64,000 bases of DNA from Halieaceae bacterium (GTDB lineage Bacteria > Pseudomonadota > Gammaproteobacteria > Pseudomonadales > Halieaceae). The notes under the pieces are model-generated. The model ran no database searches and had not been told where the DNA came from. It saw only the letters and a program-made list of their open reading frames with translations. Where the stretch lies: assembly GCA_016744355.1 (NCBI GenBank), contig JADGEN010000003.1:6385-70384 (forward strand). Reading direction: 5' to 3'. Position numbers and translations under genes: made by a program. Positions within the stretch are counted from its first letter, which is position 1. Each line of letters opens with the position of its first letter. This document shows, piece by piece, positions 56,118 through 64,000 of this stretch.

Positions 56118-57745
56118 ATCAGCCCACAATGAACAATTCCGGTGCCAGTGATATACGCATGCGGGTCAACGATCTGGAAGTCTGTTTGACCGGGTCCAAC
56201 GAAAAAATTATCAAAGGGATCAGCTTTGAGTTGCAGGCGGGTAAAATTTTCGCCTTGGTTGGTGAGTCTGGCAGTGGAAAATCTGTCACCTCAATGGCCG
56301 CTATGCGATTGCTACCGGACGCCCTGAAGATTACCGCAGGCGCAGTAGAGGCGATGGGCGTAGATCTGTTCAACCTGTCTGAGGCGCGTATGCAGGAAGT
56401 GCGTGGGCGCAAAGTCGCGATGATTTTCCAAAATGCCATGACGGCCTTAAACCCGGTGCAGACGGTGGGGCAGCAGGTCGCTGAGACCCTGAAATTACAC
56501 ACTGCTCTACGCAATAGTAGTTTGCGTGCTCGAGTGGTGGAACTGTTTACCGAGGTGGGTATTCCAGAGCCCGATAGCCGCTTTAACTTTTATCCTCACG
56601 AATTATCAGGCGGGCAACAGCAACGCATTATGATCGCCATGGCACTGGCCTGTGAGCCTGAAGTGTTGATTGCCGATGAGCCCACAACTGCTCTGGATGT
56701 GACCATTCAGGAGCAGGTTCTGGACCTTATTCAGGAGCTTACCCGCACGCGCCAATTGGCGGTTTTACTCATCACTCACGACATGGGCGTGGTGCGCCAC
56801 GTAGCCGATGAGGTTGCGGTGATGTATCACGGCGAAATTATTGAGCGCGCTTCGGTTCACGAGTTCTTTCATAATCCCCAGCAGGAGTATAGTAAGCGGC
56901 TAATAGATGCGCTGCCGGACTTGAGCAAGTTTCATCATGAGCGTTCGCAGGAGCCCTTGTTGACCGTAGAGGGTGTGAAAGTGCACTTCCCGATTCGTCA
57001 GGGTGTTCTACAACGTGTGGTCGACTATACGAGGGCTGTAGACGGTGTGTCGCTGACAATTGGTCGCGCAGAAACTTATGCGCTGGTGGGGGAGTCGGGC
57101 AGCGGCAAATCGACCCTGGGAAGAGCTATTCTCAACCTGGAGGAGATCGCCGGCGGCGAAGTACGCTTTAAAGGGCAGGCAGTGCAGGGAATCTCGCGTA
57201 GTGAGATGTTGCCCCTGCGCAAGAAAATACAGGTCATCTTTCAAAATCCTTTTTCTTCTATGAATCCGCGTCTGACCATAGGGGAAATTATTTCCGAGGG
57301 AATGATTAGTCTGGGGTTGGGCTTGACGGCATCCGAAAGAGAGGCAAAAACCGCTTCGTTGTTGGAGCGCGTACAGCTTACATCAGAGTTCAGTCGTCGC
57401 TACCCGCATGAATTGTCAGGCGGCCAATTGCAGCGAGTTGCTATTGCGAGAGCACTGGCGGTGGAGCCCGAGCTCATTATCTGCGATGAGCCTACCAGCG
57501 CACTGGATGTTTCGATTCGGGCCGAGGTACTGGATTTATTGCAGGAGTTGCAGCGCGAGTTTGGTGTGTCTTACTTGTTCATTACACATGATCTGTCGAT
57601 TGTGCCGACTTTGGCGCACCACGTGGGGGTGATGCAGTCCGGTAAAATTGTTGAGCAGGGAAGTGCTGAGCAGATTCTCACCAATCCGCAGCATCCCTAT
57701 ACCAAAGCCTTGCTGGCATCTGTGCCGCGGGTTGATGAGGACTAG
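56114..57745 (+). CDS. ABC transporter ATPase with two fused nucleotide-binding domains (YejF-like)
   Basis: There are two Walker A motifs (GESGSGKS twice), two signature motifs (LSGGQQQR and LSGGQLQR) and two Walker B motifs. The start overlaps the previous stop (ATGA). Confidence 0.95.
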   Translation: MNQPTMNNSGASDIRMRVNDLEVCLTGSNEKIIKGISFELQAGKIFALVGESGSGKSVTSMAAMRLLPDALKITAGAVEAMGVDLFNLSEARMQEVRGRKVAMIFQNAMTALNPVQTVGQQVAETLKLHTALRNSSLRARVVELFTEVGIPEPDSRFNFYPHELSGGQQQRIMIAMALACEPEVLIADEPTTALDVTIQEQVLDLIQELTRTRQLAVLLITHDMGVVRHVADEVAVMYHGEIIERASVHEFFHNPQQEYSKRLIDALPDLSKFHHERSQEPLLTVEGVKVHFPIRQGVLQRVVDYTRAVDGVSLTIGRAETYALVGESGSGKSTLGRAILNLEEIAGGEVRFKGQAVQGISRSEMLPLRKKIQVIFQNPFSSMNPRLTIGEIISEGMISLGLGLTASEREAKTASLLERVQLTSEFSRRYPHELSGGQLQRVAIARALAVEPELIICDEPTSALDVSIRAEVLDLLQELQREFGVSYLFITHDLSIVPTLAHHVGVMQSGKIVEQGSAEQILTNPQHPYTKALLASVPRVDED

Positions 57746-58762
57746 CTATCCCATGGGATAGCGTATTTCGCGTGACACCGCGTTTATCTGTTTCATGACT
57801 TCCGGCGAGAGCGTCACATCTGCCGCCGCCAGAATGTCGTGCATCTGATCCGGGTGTGTAGCCCCAACAATTGTTGAGGCCACAAAGTCGTGCTGCTTGC
57901 TCCACGCAGTTGCCAGAGTGACAACCGACATTTGCGCATCGGCTGCTATCGCCTGAAACCGTTTGGTCGACTCAATCGATTGCTCATTAATGAAGCGCCT
58001 GGCCATTTGTTGTTGTCGCTTTTCCCCGTTCAGGTAGCTGGTGAATCTGGCACCTTCAGGTGAGGCGTCGTCGTTGTATTTTCCGGACAACACGCCCCCT
58101 GCCAGAGGTGAATACGGAATGAGGCTGACTTGTTCTTTGCGACAGGCCTGTGCCAGTTCATCTTCAAAGCGTCGGTTATTCAGGCTGAAGTTATTCTGGA
58201 TTGTTTCGTAGCGCGCCAGGCCGTGTAGCTCGCAAGCCGCCAGACTCTTGCACAGGCCCCAGGTCGTCTCGTTACTGCAGCCCAGTATTCTCACCTTACC
58301 CGAGCTGACTAACTCGTCCAGTGCCATCATAGTTTCTTCATAGGGGAAGTCGTGGTCGGGCCAGTGTGTTTGATACAGGTCAAGATAGTCGGTCTGCAAA
58401 CGTGTCAGGCTGGTCTCCACGGCCCGCATGATGTGGTGTCGGTCGAGGCTGGTTTTTCCACCTCGCAGAGGCGGGGTAATCCAGCTGTGCCCGGGGCCGG
58501 CGACCTTACTTGCGATGATCAGCGTGTCTCTGGGCTTGGTTTTCATCCATCGGCCAACGATGTCCTCTGTGAGACCCACGTACTTGGCATCGGGCGGCAC
58601 CGGGTACATTTCCGCGGTATCGTAGAAATCGATGCCGGCTTCATAGGCCATATCCATAATTCGGAACGCCGTCTTTTCGTCGGCCTGGTTACCAAAGGTC
58701 ATGGTGCCCATGCAGATATCGGAAACAATAATTCCACTGCGGCCCAGTCGATTTTTATTCAT
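57746..58762 (-). CDS. aldo/keto reductase (Tas-like, NADP-dependent)
   Basis: Motifs: LGRSGIIVSDICMGTMTFG, FYDTAEMY, and a C-terminus in AKR family 11-14 style. 338 aa. Confidence 0.9.
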   Translation of the reverse strand: MNKNRLGRSGIIVSDICMGTMTFGNQADEKTAFRIMDMAYEAGIDFYDTAEMYPVPPDAKYVGLTEDIVGRWMKTKPRDTLIIASKVAGPGHSWITPPLRGGKTSLDRHHIMRAVETSLTRLQTDYLDLYQTHWPDHDFPYEETMMALDELVSSGKVRILGCSNETTWGLCKSLAACELHGLARYETIQNNFSLNNRRFEDELAQACRKEQVSLIPYSPLAGGVLSGKYNDDASPEGARFTSYLNGEKRQQQMARRFINEQSIESTKRFQAIAADAQMSVVTLATAWSKQHDFVASTIVGATHPDQMHDILAAADVTLSPEVMKQINAVSREIRYPMG

Positions 58763-58820
58763 TGTGGCTCCTGATGTTATTTAGGTATTTACACACCGTT
58801 TTTTTGGCTATAGTAACAAA

Positions 58821-60185
58821 ATGACAAATTCTTATCTGAGCGAAAATTACGCCCCTGTGGAAAGCGAAATCACTGCTTTCGATTTACAGGTCATTGGAGA
58901 GCTTCCGGCGGAGCTGAGCGGGCGCTATCTGCGCAATGGGCCAAATCCGGCCGGGCCGGTTGACCCGGCAAACCACCACTGGTTTTCAGGTGACGGTATG
59001 GTGCACGGTGTATGTCTGCAAAATGGCGCTGCCAAGTGGTATCGAAATCGCTATGTTGGTTCGTCAAATCTCAGTGCGTTGCGTGGGCAAGCGGATATAC
59101 CCGGGCGCAACTGGAACGACAGCGGCACCGGCCCCAACACCAGTGTGGGAGGCTTTGCCGGCACAACCTGGGCGATGGTCGAAGCGGGGGGCGTGCCAGT
59201 AGAACTGGACTATGAGCTAGCGACAATCGGGCGCAACGACTTTTACGGCACCCTGCCCGGCGCTTTCTCTGCACATCCAAAGTACGACCCAGGCACAGGA
59301 GAAATGCACGCCATGGTGTATGCCTGGGCGGAGTGGATGGACCATGTTCAGTACGTGGTGGTGGGAAGCGACGGTAGGGTGCGCCGCACTGTAGATATTC
59401 CGCTGCCAGGTATGTCGATGATTCACGATATGTCTCTCACAGAGCGCTATGCAGTAGTCTATGATCAGCCGGTTACAGTGGATCTGAATATTGCCATGGA
59501 GGGCTTGTTTCCCTTTCGCTGGGATCCCGATTACGGCAACCGTGTTGGACTGCTGCCACGCAAGGGTACAGCGGCGGACATCATCTGGATTGACGTTCCC
59601 CTGGGCTACGCTTTCCATCCTCTCAACGCTTACGATGCACCCGATGGCACAGTGGTGATTGACATCTGCATGTACGATTGCATGTTCAATCAGGACATCC
59701 TGGGACCATTCGGCGATGGTGGTCTCGCCAGGTTGGAGCGTTGGGTGTTGAACCCACAGTTGCGCAGTTGTTCTGTCACGGTAATTGATGCCAGTTCGAA
59801 TGAATTCCCCCGACATAATATTGCTTATGCGGGGCAGGCCTACAAGTTTGGCTATTGCGCTTCTCCCTCGCAGGATTCCAGCGAGGGATGGCCTACACTC
59901 AAACATAACCTCGAAACGGGCGCGCGTGAAGTGTTTGACCACGGTCCGGGAAGGGCCGCGGGAGAGCCTGTTTTTGTGGCGCGTGGGGATAGCAGTGGCG
60001 AGGATGAAGGTTGGCTGATCACTCTGGTACACGACCTTGGAAAAGGCACTGCGGAACTGGTTGTAATGGACGCGGAAGACCTCGCCCGCGGCTATGTGGC
60101 CCGGGTATTATTGCCCCAACGTATACCGTTCGGATTTCATGGCAATTGGGTTAGCGACAGTCAGGTAAAGCCAAAGGAGGCTTAA
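58821..60185 (+). CDS. carotenoid oxygenase family dioxygenase (CCD/lignostilbene-dioxygenase-like)
   Basis: 454 aa. The N-terminus is NYAPVESE...GELP.EL.G.YLRNGPNP. The four expected iron-ligand His contexts are present (FSAHPK, MIHDMS, YAFHPLNAY, FGFHGNW). Confidence 0.85.
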   Translation: MTNSYLSENYAPVESEITAFDLQVIGELPAELSGRYLRNGPNPAGPVDPANHHWFSGDGMVHGVCLQNGAAKWYRNRYVGSSNLSALRGQADIPGRNWNDSGTGPNTSVGGFAGTTWAMVEAGGVPVELDYELATIGRNDFYGTLPGAFSAHPKYDPGTGEMHAMVYAWAEWMDHVQYVVVGSDGRVRRTVDIPLPGMSMIHDMSLTERYAVVYDQPVTVDLNIAMEGLFPFRWDPDYGNRVGLLPRKGTAADIIWIDVPLGYAFHPLNAYDAPDGTVVIDICMYDCMFNQDILGPFGDGGLARLERWVLNPQLRSCSVTVIDASSNEFPRHNIAYAGQAYKFGYCASPSQDSSEGWPTLKHNLETGAREVFDHGPGRAAGEPVFVARGDSSGEDEGWLITLVHDLGKGTAELVVMDAEDLARGYVARVLLPQRIPFGFHGNWVSDSQVKPKEA

Positions 60186-61562
60186 ATGGCAGTGTCAACG
60201 CAACTCTTGAACTTTCTTACCGAGCTGTTGGGGGAGAAAGGCGTTCGAACGGAAGCCGACGACTTCCTACCGGACATTATTTTAAAACCCTCGTCCACGG
60301 AGCAGGTGTCGGAGATTCTCAAACTTTGTGATGCCGCCGGACAAGCACTCATCCCCATAGGTGGAAAATCTGGTCTGGCCCAGGGAATTCATAAAACAGG
60401 CGACGAACTGGGTTTGTCTCTTGAACGTATGAATGCGGTGGAAGAAATCGACGTTCACAATCGTACAATGACAGTGCAAGCGGGCTGTATTTTACAAGTG
60501 GCAGTGGAGGCTTGTGAAGAAGAGGGTCTGCTATTACCCATGGACTTTGGCGCGCGGGGCTCGGCAACGGTGGGCGGAACCGTTGCTACCAACGCCGGAG
60601 GAAACCGGGTTATTCGCTATGGCATGATGCGGGACATGGTGTTGGGGCTGGAAGTTGTTTTAGCCGATGGCACCGTGGTCAGCTCGCTGAACAAGATGAT
60701 AAAAAACAACACTGGCTACGATTTAAAACAATTATTCATAGGCGCAGAGGGTACCTTGGGCGTGGTAACACGGGTTGTTGTGCGGCTGCGCCCATTAGCC
60801 AAAAGCCAAAACACCGCGCTTCTGGCCGTGCCTGATTTCCCTGCACTTATCAATTTACTGCACTACCTCGATAGCAGCGCAGGGGGAACTCTATCGGCAT
60901 TCGAGGTGATGTGGCCGGAGTATTACGAGTTTATAACCAGAGACGGTTCCAATCACACACCACCACTGCCTCATGGTAGCGCCTATTACGTGTTGGTGGA
61001 GACACTGGGCGCCAATGCAGAAACCGACGCGTATAGTTTTGAAAATATGCTGGGTCAGGCCATGGAAGAGGCTTTGTTCGAAGATGCAGTGCTGGCTAAA
61101 TCGCAGTCTGAGCGCAATGCCATATGGGAGATTCGTGACGATGTTCTGGAGTTGTTCAATCTCGGCCCTATTATCCCCTATGACATAAGCGTGACGCTGG
61201 ACCAGATGGAGGAATTTGTTGGCGAACTGAAGGCGGCCATGGCCGACATCGAAGATTCCATTTGCATTATTTTTGGACATCTTGGCGACTGCAATCTACA
61301 TACTATTTTGGGCTCTAAGAACCCTGAGGCCTTTGACCCAAAGGCCCTTGGTGAATTGCTGTACGGCATAATAGCGCATTACGAGGGTTCGATATCGGCA
61401 GAGCATGGTATTGGCTTGAGTAAGCGCGATTATCTGCACTGCAGTCGCAGTGAAGAGGAATTGGCTCTAATGCGCCGCATTAAACTGATGATGGACCCCA
61501 ACAATATTCTCAATCCGAATAAAGTACTCGCTGCAGAAGATGTTGCAGCACTTAATAATTAA
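60186..61562 (+). CDS. FAD-linked oxidase (GlcD/D-2-hydroxyacid dehydrogenase-like)
   Basis: An FAD_binding_4 pattern (IPIGGKSGL..., GGTVATNAGG, RYGMMRDMVLGLEVV) plus a C-terminal FAD-oxidase domain (EHGIGL). The ATG directly abuts the preceding TAA. Confidence 0.85.
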   Translation: MAVSTQLLNFLTELLGEKGVRTEADDFLPDIILKPSSTEQVSEILKLCDAAGQALIPIGGKSGLAQGIHKTGDELGLSLERMNAVEEIDVHNRTMTVQAGCILQVAVEACEEEGLLLPMDFGARGSATVGGTVATNAGGNRVIRYGMMRDMVLGLEVVLADGTVVSSLNKMIKNNTGYDLKQLFIGAEGTLGVVTRVVVRLRPLAKSQNTALLAVPDFPALINLLHYLDSSAGGTLSAFEVMWPEYYEFITRDGSNHTPPLPHGSAYYVLVETLGANAETDAYSFENMLGQAMEEALFEDAVLAKSQSERNAIWEIRDDVLELFNLGPIIPYDISVTLDQMEEFVGELKAAMADIEDSICIIFGHLGDCNLHTILGSKNPEAFDPKALGELLYGIIAHYEGSISAEHGIGLSKRDYLHCSRSEEELALMRRIKLMMDPNNILNPNKVLAAEDVAALNN

Positions 61563-61579
61563 TAACGGAGTTATCTAAA

Positions 61580-63142
61580 ATGAATGGTGCAGAAAGCCTG
61601 CTAGGAACCCTGGTCGACAGTGGTATAGAAGTCTGTTTTACAAACCCCGGTACATCAGAGATGCATTTTGTAGCGGCTCTGGATGAAGTCGATGGTATCC
61701 GCTGTGTGCTGTGTCTGTTTGAAGGTGTGCTCAGCGGTGCAGCTGCGGGTTACGCGGTAATGGCGCGCAAACCCGCCTCTACTTTATTACATTTGGGGCC
61801 TGGCCTGGGCAATGCCCTGGCAAATGTTCACAATGCCAAAAAAGGTAATGTGCCGATGGTGAATATTGTCGGCGACCACGCCACTTATCACCTGGAATAT
61901 GACGCGCCCCTCACCTCCGACATTGAAGGCATAGCGGGTACGGTTTCGCACTGGGTACACAGTTCTGCGTCTCCTTCCGATATTGGCGTTGATGCGGCCG
62001 AGGCTGTTTTGCAAGCGGGACGCGGTCAGGTTGCAACGCTTATTCTTCCCGCCGATGTTTCCTGGGGCGACAACCCCAATGGGCGCGCTGCCGTGCCGAG
62101 TTTGCCGCCACTAGCACAAATTTCAGAGAGTAAGATCGACGAGGTAGTCGCATTACTGCGCTCCGGGCAACCCTGCATGATAATGATAGGCGGCCGCGAA
62201 ATTGATGCGGAGCAGGGTTTGATGTTGAGCCGAATTGGCAAGGCCAGTGGCGCGCGCGTTTGCACTGAGACATTTCCTGCGCGAGTTGCGCGTGGTGCCG
62301 GTACAGCTGTTATAGACAAAATGCCCTATATGACAGAAATGGCTGTGGACTATACAAAAGATGTAGAGCACCTGATTTTGATAGGTGCCACATCGCCGGT
62401 ATCGTTTTTTGCCTACCCCGGCCTGCCCAGTGCCCTCGCGCCAGAGGCTTGTAATGAAGTTGTGTTAGCCGAGGTTAACGATGATATCGATCAGGTACTC
62501 GAGGCCTTGCTGGAGAAGCTGGGCGCCGTCGATGTGGAGCCGGATTTACACGCACTGGCGCTGCCCGACTTACCCTCCGGACCCCTGGATGTCATGGCAT
62601 GTGGTGCAGCGATTGCACATTTCCTGCCTGAGAGAGCGGTCGTGGTTGATGAAGCCATCACTTCTGGCATTGCTTGCTATCCAACCACGGCAACAGCCCA
62701 GCCACATGATTGGTTGAGTCTAACCGGTGGAGCGATCGGGTGGGGGCTGCCCGCCGCGGTAGGTGCGGCTCTGGGTGCACCCGATCGTAAAATTGTCGCT
62801 CTGGAAGGCGACGGTAGTGCCATGTATACCATCCAGTCGCTGTGGAGCATGGTGAGAGAAAACCTTGATGTCACCGTTGTTATTTTTAACAATCGTAAGT
62901 ACAGCATTCTGGAGCTGGAGTTTGCGCGCACAGGTGCCAGAGGTGGTAAACCCGGGGAGAAAGCAGCCAGTACGCTGGATATAGGCACGCCGGACATGGA
63001 CTTTGTTGCCATGGCAAACGGCATGGGTATGAATGCCACCCGTGCCACCACTGCCGAGGAGTTTAATGCTCAGTTTGAAGCGGCGATGGCGAGCGAAGGG
63101 CCGTGCTTGATCGATGCGGTAATTCCCACTTTCTTGAGCTAG
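61580..63142 (+). CDS. thiamine-diphosphate-dependent enzyme (acetolactate-synthase-large-subunit-like)
   Basis: An N-terminal Pyr domain (GAESLLGTLVDSGIEVCFTNPGTSEMHF) and a C-terminal ThDP motif (GDGSAMYTIQSLWS...NN). GGAG lies upstream of the ATG. Confidence 0.85.
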   Translation: MNGAESLLGTLVDSGIEVCFTNPGTSEMHFVAALDEVDGIRCVLCLFEGVLSGAAAGYAVMARKPASTLLHLGPGLGNALANVHNAKKGNVPMVNIVGDHATYHLEYDAPLTSDIEGIAGTVSHWVHSSASPSDIGVDAAEAVLQAGRGQVATLILPADVSWGDNPNGRAAVPSLPPLAQISESKIDEVVALLRSGQPCMIMIGGREIDAEQGLMLSRIGKASGARVCTETFPARVARGAGTAVIDKMPYMTEMAVDYTKDVEHLILIGATSPVSFFAYPGLPSALAPEACNEVVLAEVNDDIDQVLEALLEKLGAVDVEPDLHALALPDLPSGPLDVMACGAAIAHFLPERAVVVDEAITSGIACYPTTATAQPHDWLSLTGGAIGWGLPAAVGAALGAPDRKIVALEGDGSAMYTIQSLWSMVRENLDVTVVIFNNRKYSILELEFARTGARGGKPGEKAASTLDIGTPDMDFVAMANGMGMNATRATTAEEFNAQFEAAMASEGPCLIDAVIPTFLS

Positions 63143-63144
63143 CT

Positions 63145-64000
63145 TTATTCAGCGCTCATATTGGAAATAGGGGGGGGTGAGATTTTGCGGCCCAGGGCCA
63201 GGTTCAAAACACCCCACACATCATCTGGTTCATGCAGGCGTTTTATATCTTCAAATAGAAGGTTTGCCTGAAAATAGTGCATGCGTAAATACACTAACCA
63301 CTGTTTTACGGGGTTGGCCGCGTGGCGCGCATCATAAGAATCGAGATTGAGCTCATAAAATCGCTTGATCAATAACAATACCTCGGGCCACTCCAACGGT
63401 AACCTCGTAATGCCGCGGGAATTGGCCTCTATCAATCGTGGCAAGTCCGGTCTGCACAGTGCGCCGCGACCCAGCATCAGGTCAACACAGCCGCTTACCT
63501 GCTGGCAGCGCAATGCGTCCGCAGGATTCCAGATTTCGCCATTGGCTATGATGGGTATATCGATTATCTGGCGGGCCAGAGCAATTTCCTCCCAGTATGC
63601 AGGCGGACGGTAACCGTGGCGTTTGGTGCGGGCGTGAATGGTGAGCTCTGTTGCTCCAGCAGCGTTAATTCCCCGCACAATGTCGAGAAAATTGCTTTGG
63701 TCTTCGTAGCCCAGCCTGATTTTTACCGATAAGGGGGTCGACTGTGGCAGGAAGTCACGCGCTGCAGCAACGATGGCATGCACACGCTCGGGCTCCCGCA
63801 GCAGAATTGATCCACCATTGGAGTTGTTCACACTTTTTGCAGGGCATCCGAAATTGAGGTCAATACCCGGCGCACCCAGTTCTGCGGCTAGAGCGGCATT
63901 CTCGGCCACCACCTGGGGATCACCTCCCAATATCTGAACATAGACAGGTACGCCCGCTGACGTTTTCCCGCCATTTGCCAGTTCGGGGCACAATCGCTTG
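63145..64000 (-). CDS. dusC: tRNA-dihydrouridine(16) synthase DusC (N-terminus beyond the window edge)
   Basis: It is collinear with E. coli DusC from about residue 50 onward (CPEL..., DLNFGCPAKSVN, VKIRLG, TIHARTK, IPIIANGEIW, LGRGAL, VKQWL.YLR). The reading frame runs into the window end. Confidence 0.85.
   Translation of the reverse strand, partial: KRLCPELANGGKTSAGVPVYVQILGGDPQVVAENAALAAELGAPGIDLNFGCPAKSVNNSNGGSILLREPERVHAIVAAARDFLPQSTPLSVKIRLGYEDQSNFLDIVRGINAAGATELTIHARTKRHGYRPPAYWEEIALARQIIDIPIIANGEIWNPADALRCQQVSGCVDLMLGRGALCRPDLPRLIEANSRGITRLPLEWPEVLLLIKRFYELNLDSYDARHAANPVKQWLVYLRMHYFQANLLFEDIKRLHEPDDVWGVLNLALGRKISPPPISNMSAE

Noticed and set aside
59217-60032. 271-aa minus-strand ORF inside the carotenoid oxygenase gene
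   Set aside because: The plus-strand frame carries the full set of family His motifs. The antisense frame is Arg/His/Ala-rich with no motifs, which makes it a typical shadow ORF.
1-64000. Scan for CRISPR arrays, rRNA, IS elements or transposases, integrons, prophage genes, restriction-modification, toxin-antitoxin or other known defence modules
   Set aside because: None was recognised in any frame. The only repeats found are the 144-nt intragenic repeat, the 31-bp duplication and the sulfatase paralogues.

Overview
This is a gene-dense chromosomal window with about 55 protein genes, one tRNA and one decayed pseudogene. It looks like a marine gammaproteobacterium: hand spot counts of single 60-nt lines give about 50-53% GC, and the gene content is Cellvibrionales/Alteromonadales-like. 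I saw no rRNA, CRISPR array, transposase, integrase, phage gene or recognisable defence or toxin-antitoxin module. Recognisable content: a YebC-family regulator, rbgA/ylqF, a periplasmic chorismate mutase fused to a cyclohexadienyl-dehydratase-like domain, and a leuC-leuD-cimA-like operon with a convergent LeuB-like dehydrogenase. Around a tRNA-Arg(ACG) sit secreted scavenging enzymes: PhoD, a HAD phosphatase and an arylsulfatase, with a second sulfatase paralogue 20 kb away. Also present are LysR and MarR regulators, an HD-GYP sensor, lutABC, an OMF-HlyD-DUF2955 efflux operon, cytochrome c' and b561, a tandem Usp, a POT transporter, a Yej-like peptide ABC system, an aldo/keto reductase and dusC (cut by the window edge). 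I could not identify a clear-cut new system. The strongest candidate is an orphan 1109-aa membrane protein (45125..48454) that I cannot place in any family. It has a small N-terminal module, a ~375-residue E/K/R/A helix built partly from 144-nt tandem repeats, a beta-rich periplasmic domain and a 2TM+PH-like C-terminus. Several tightly coupled operons of unclear function also deserve follow-up: alpha/beta hydrolase-MlaA-orphan SBP, thioesterase-DUF819-S1P-lyase-like PLP enzyme, carotenoid-oxygenase-FAD oxidase-ThDP enzyme, and transporter-2OG oxygenase. All family calls rest on motif recognition by eye. No searches were run.
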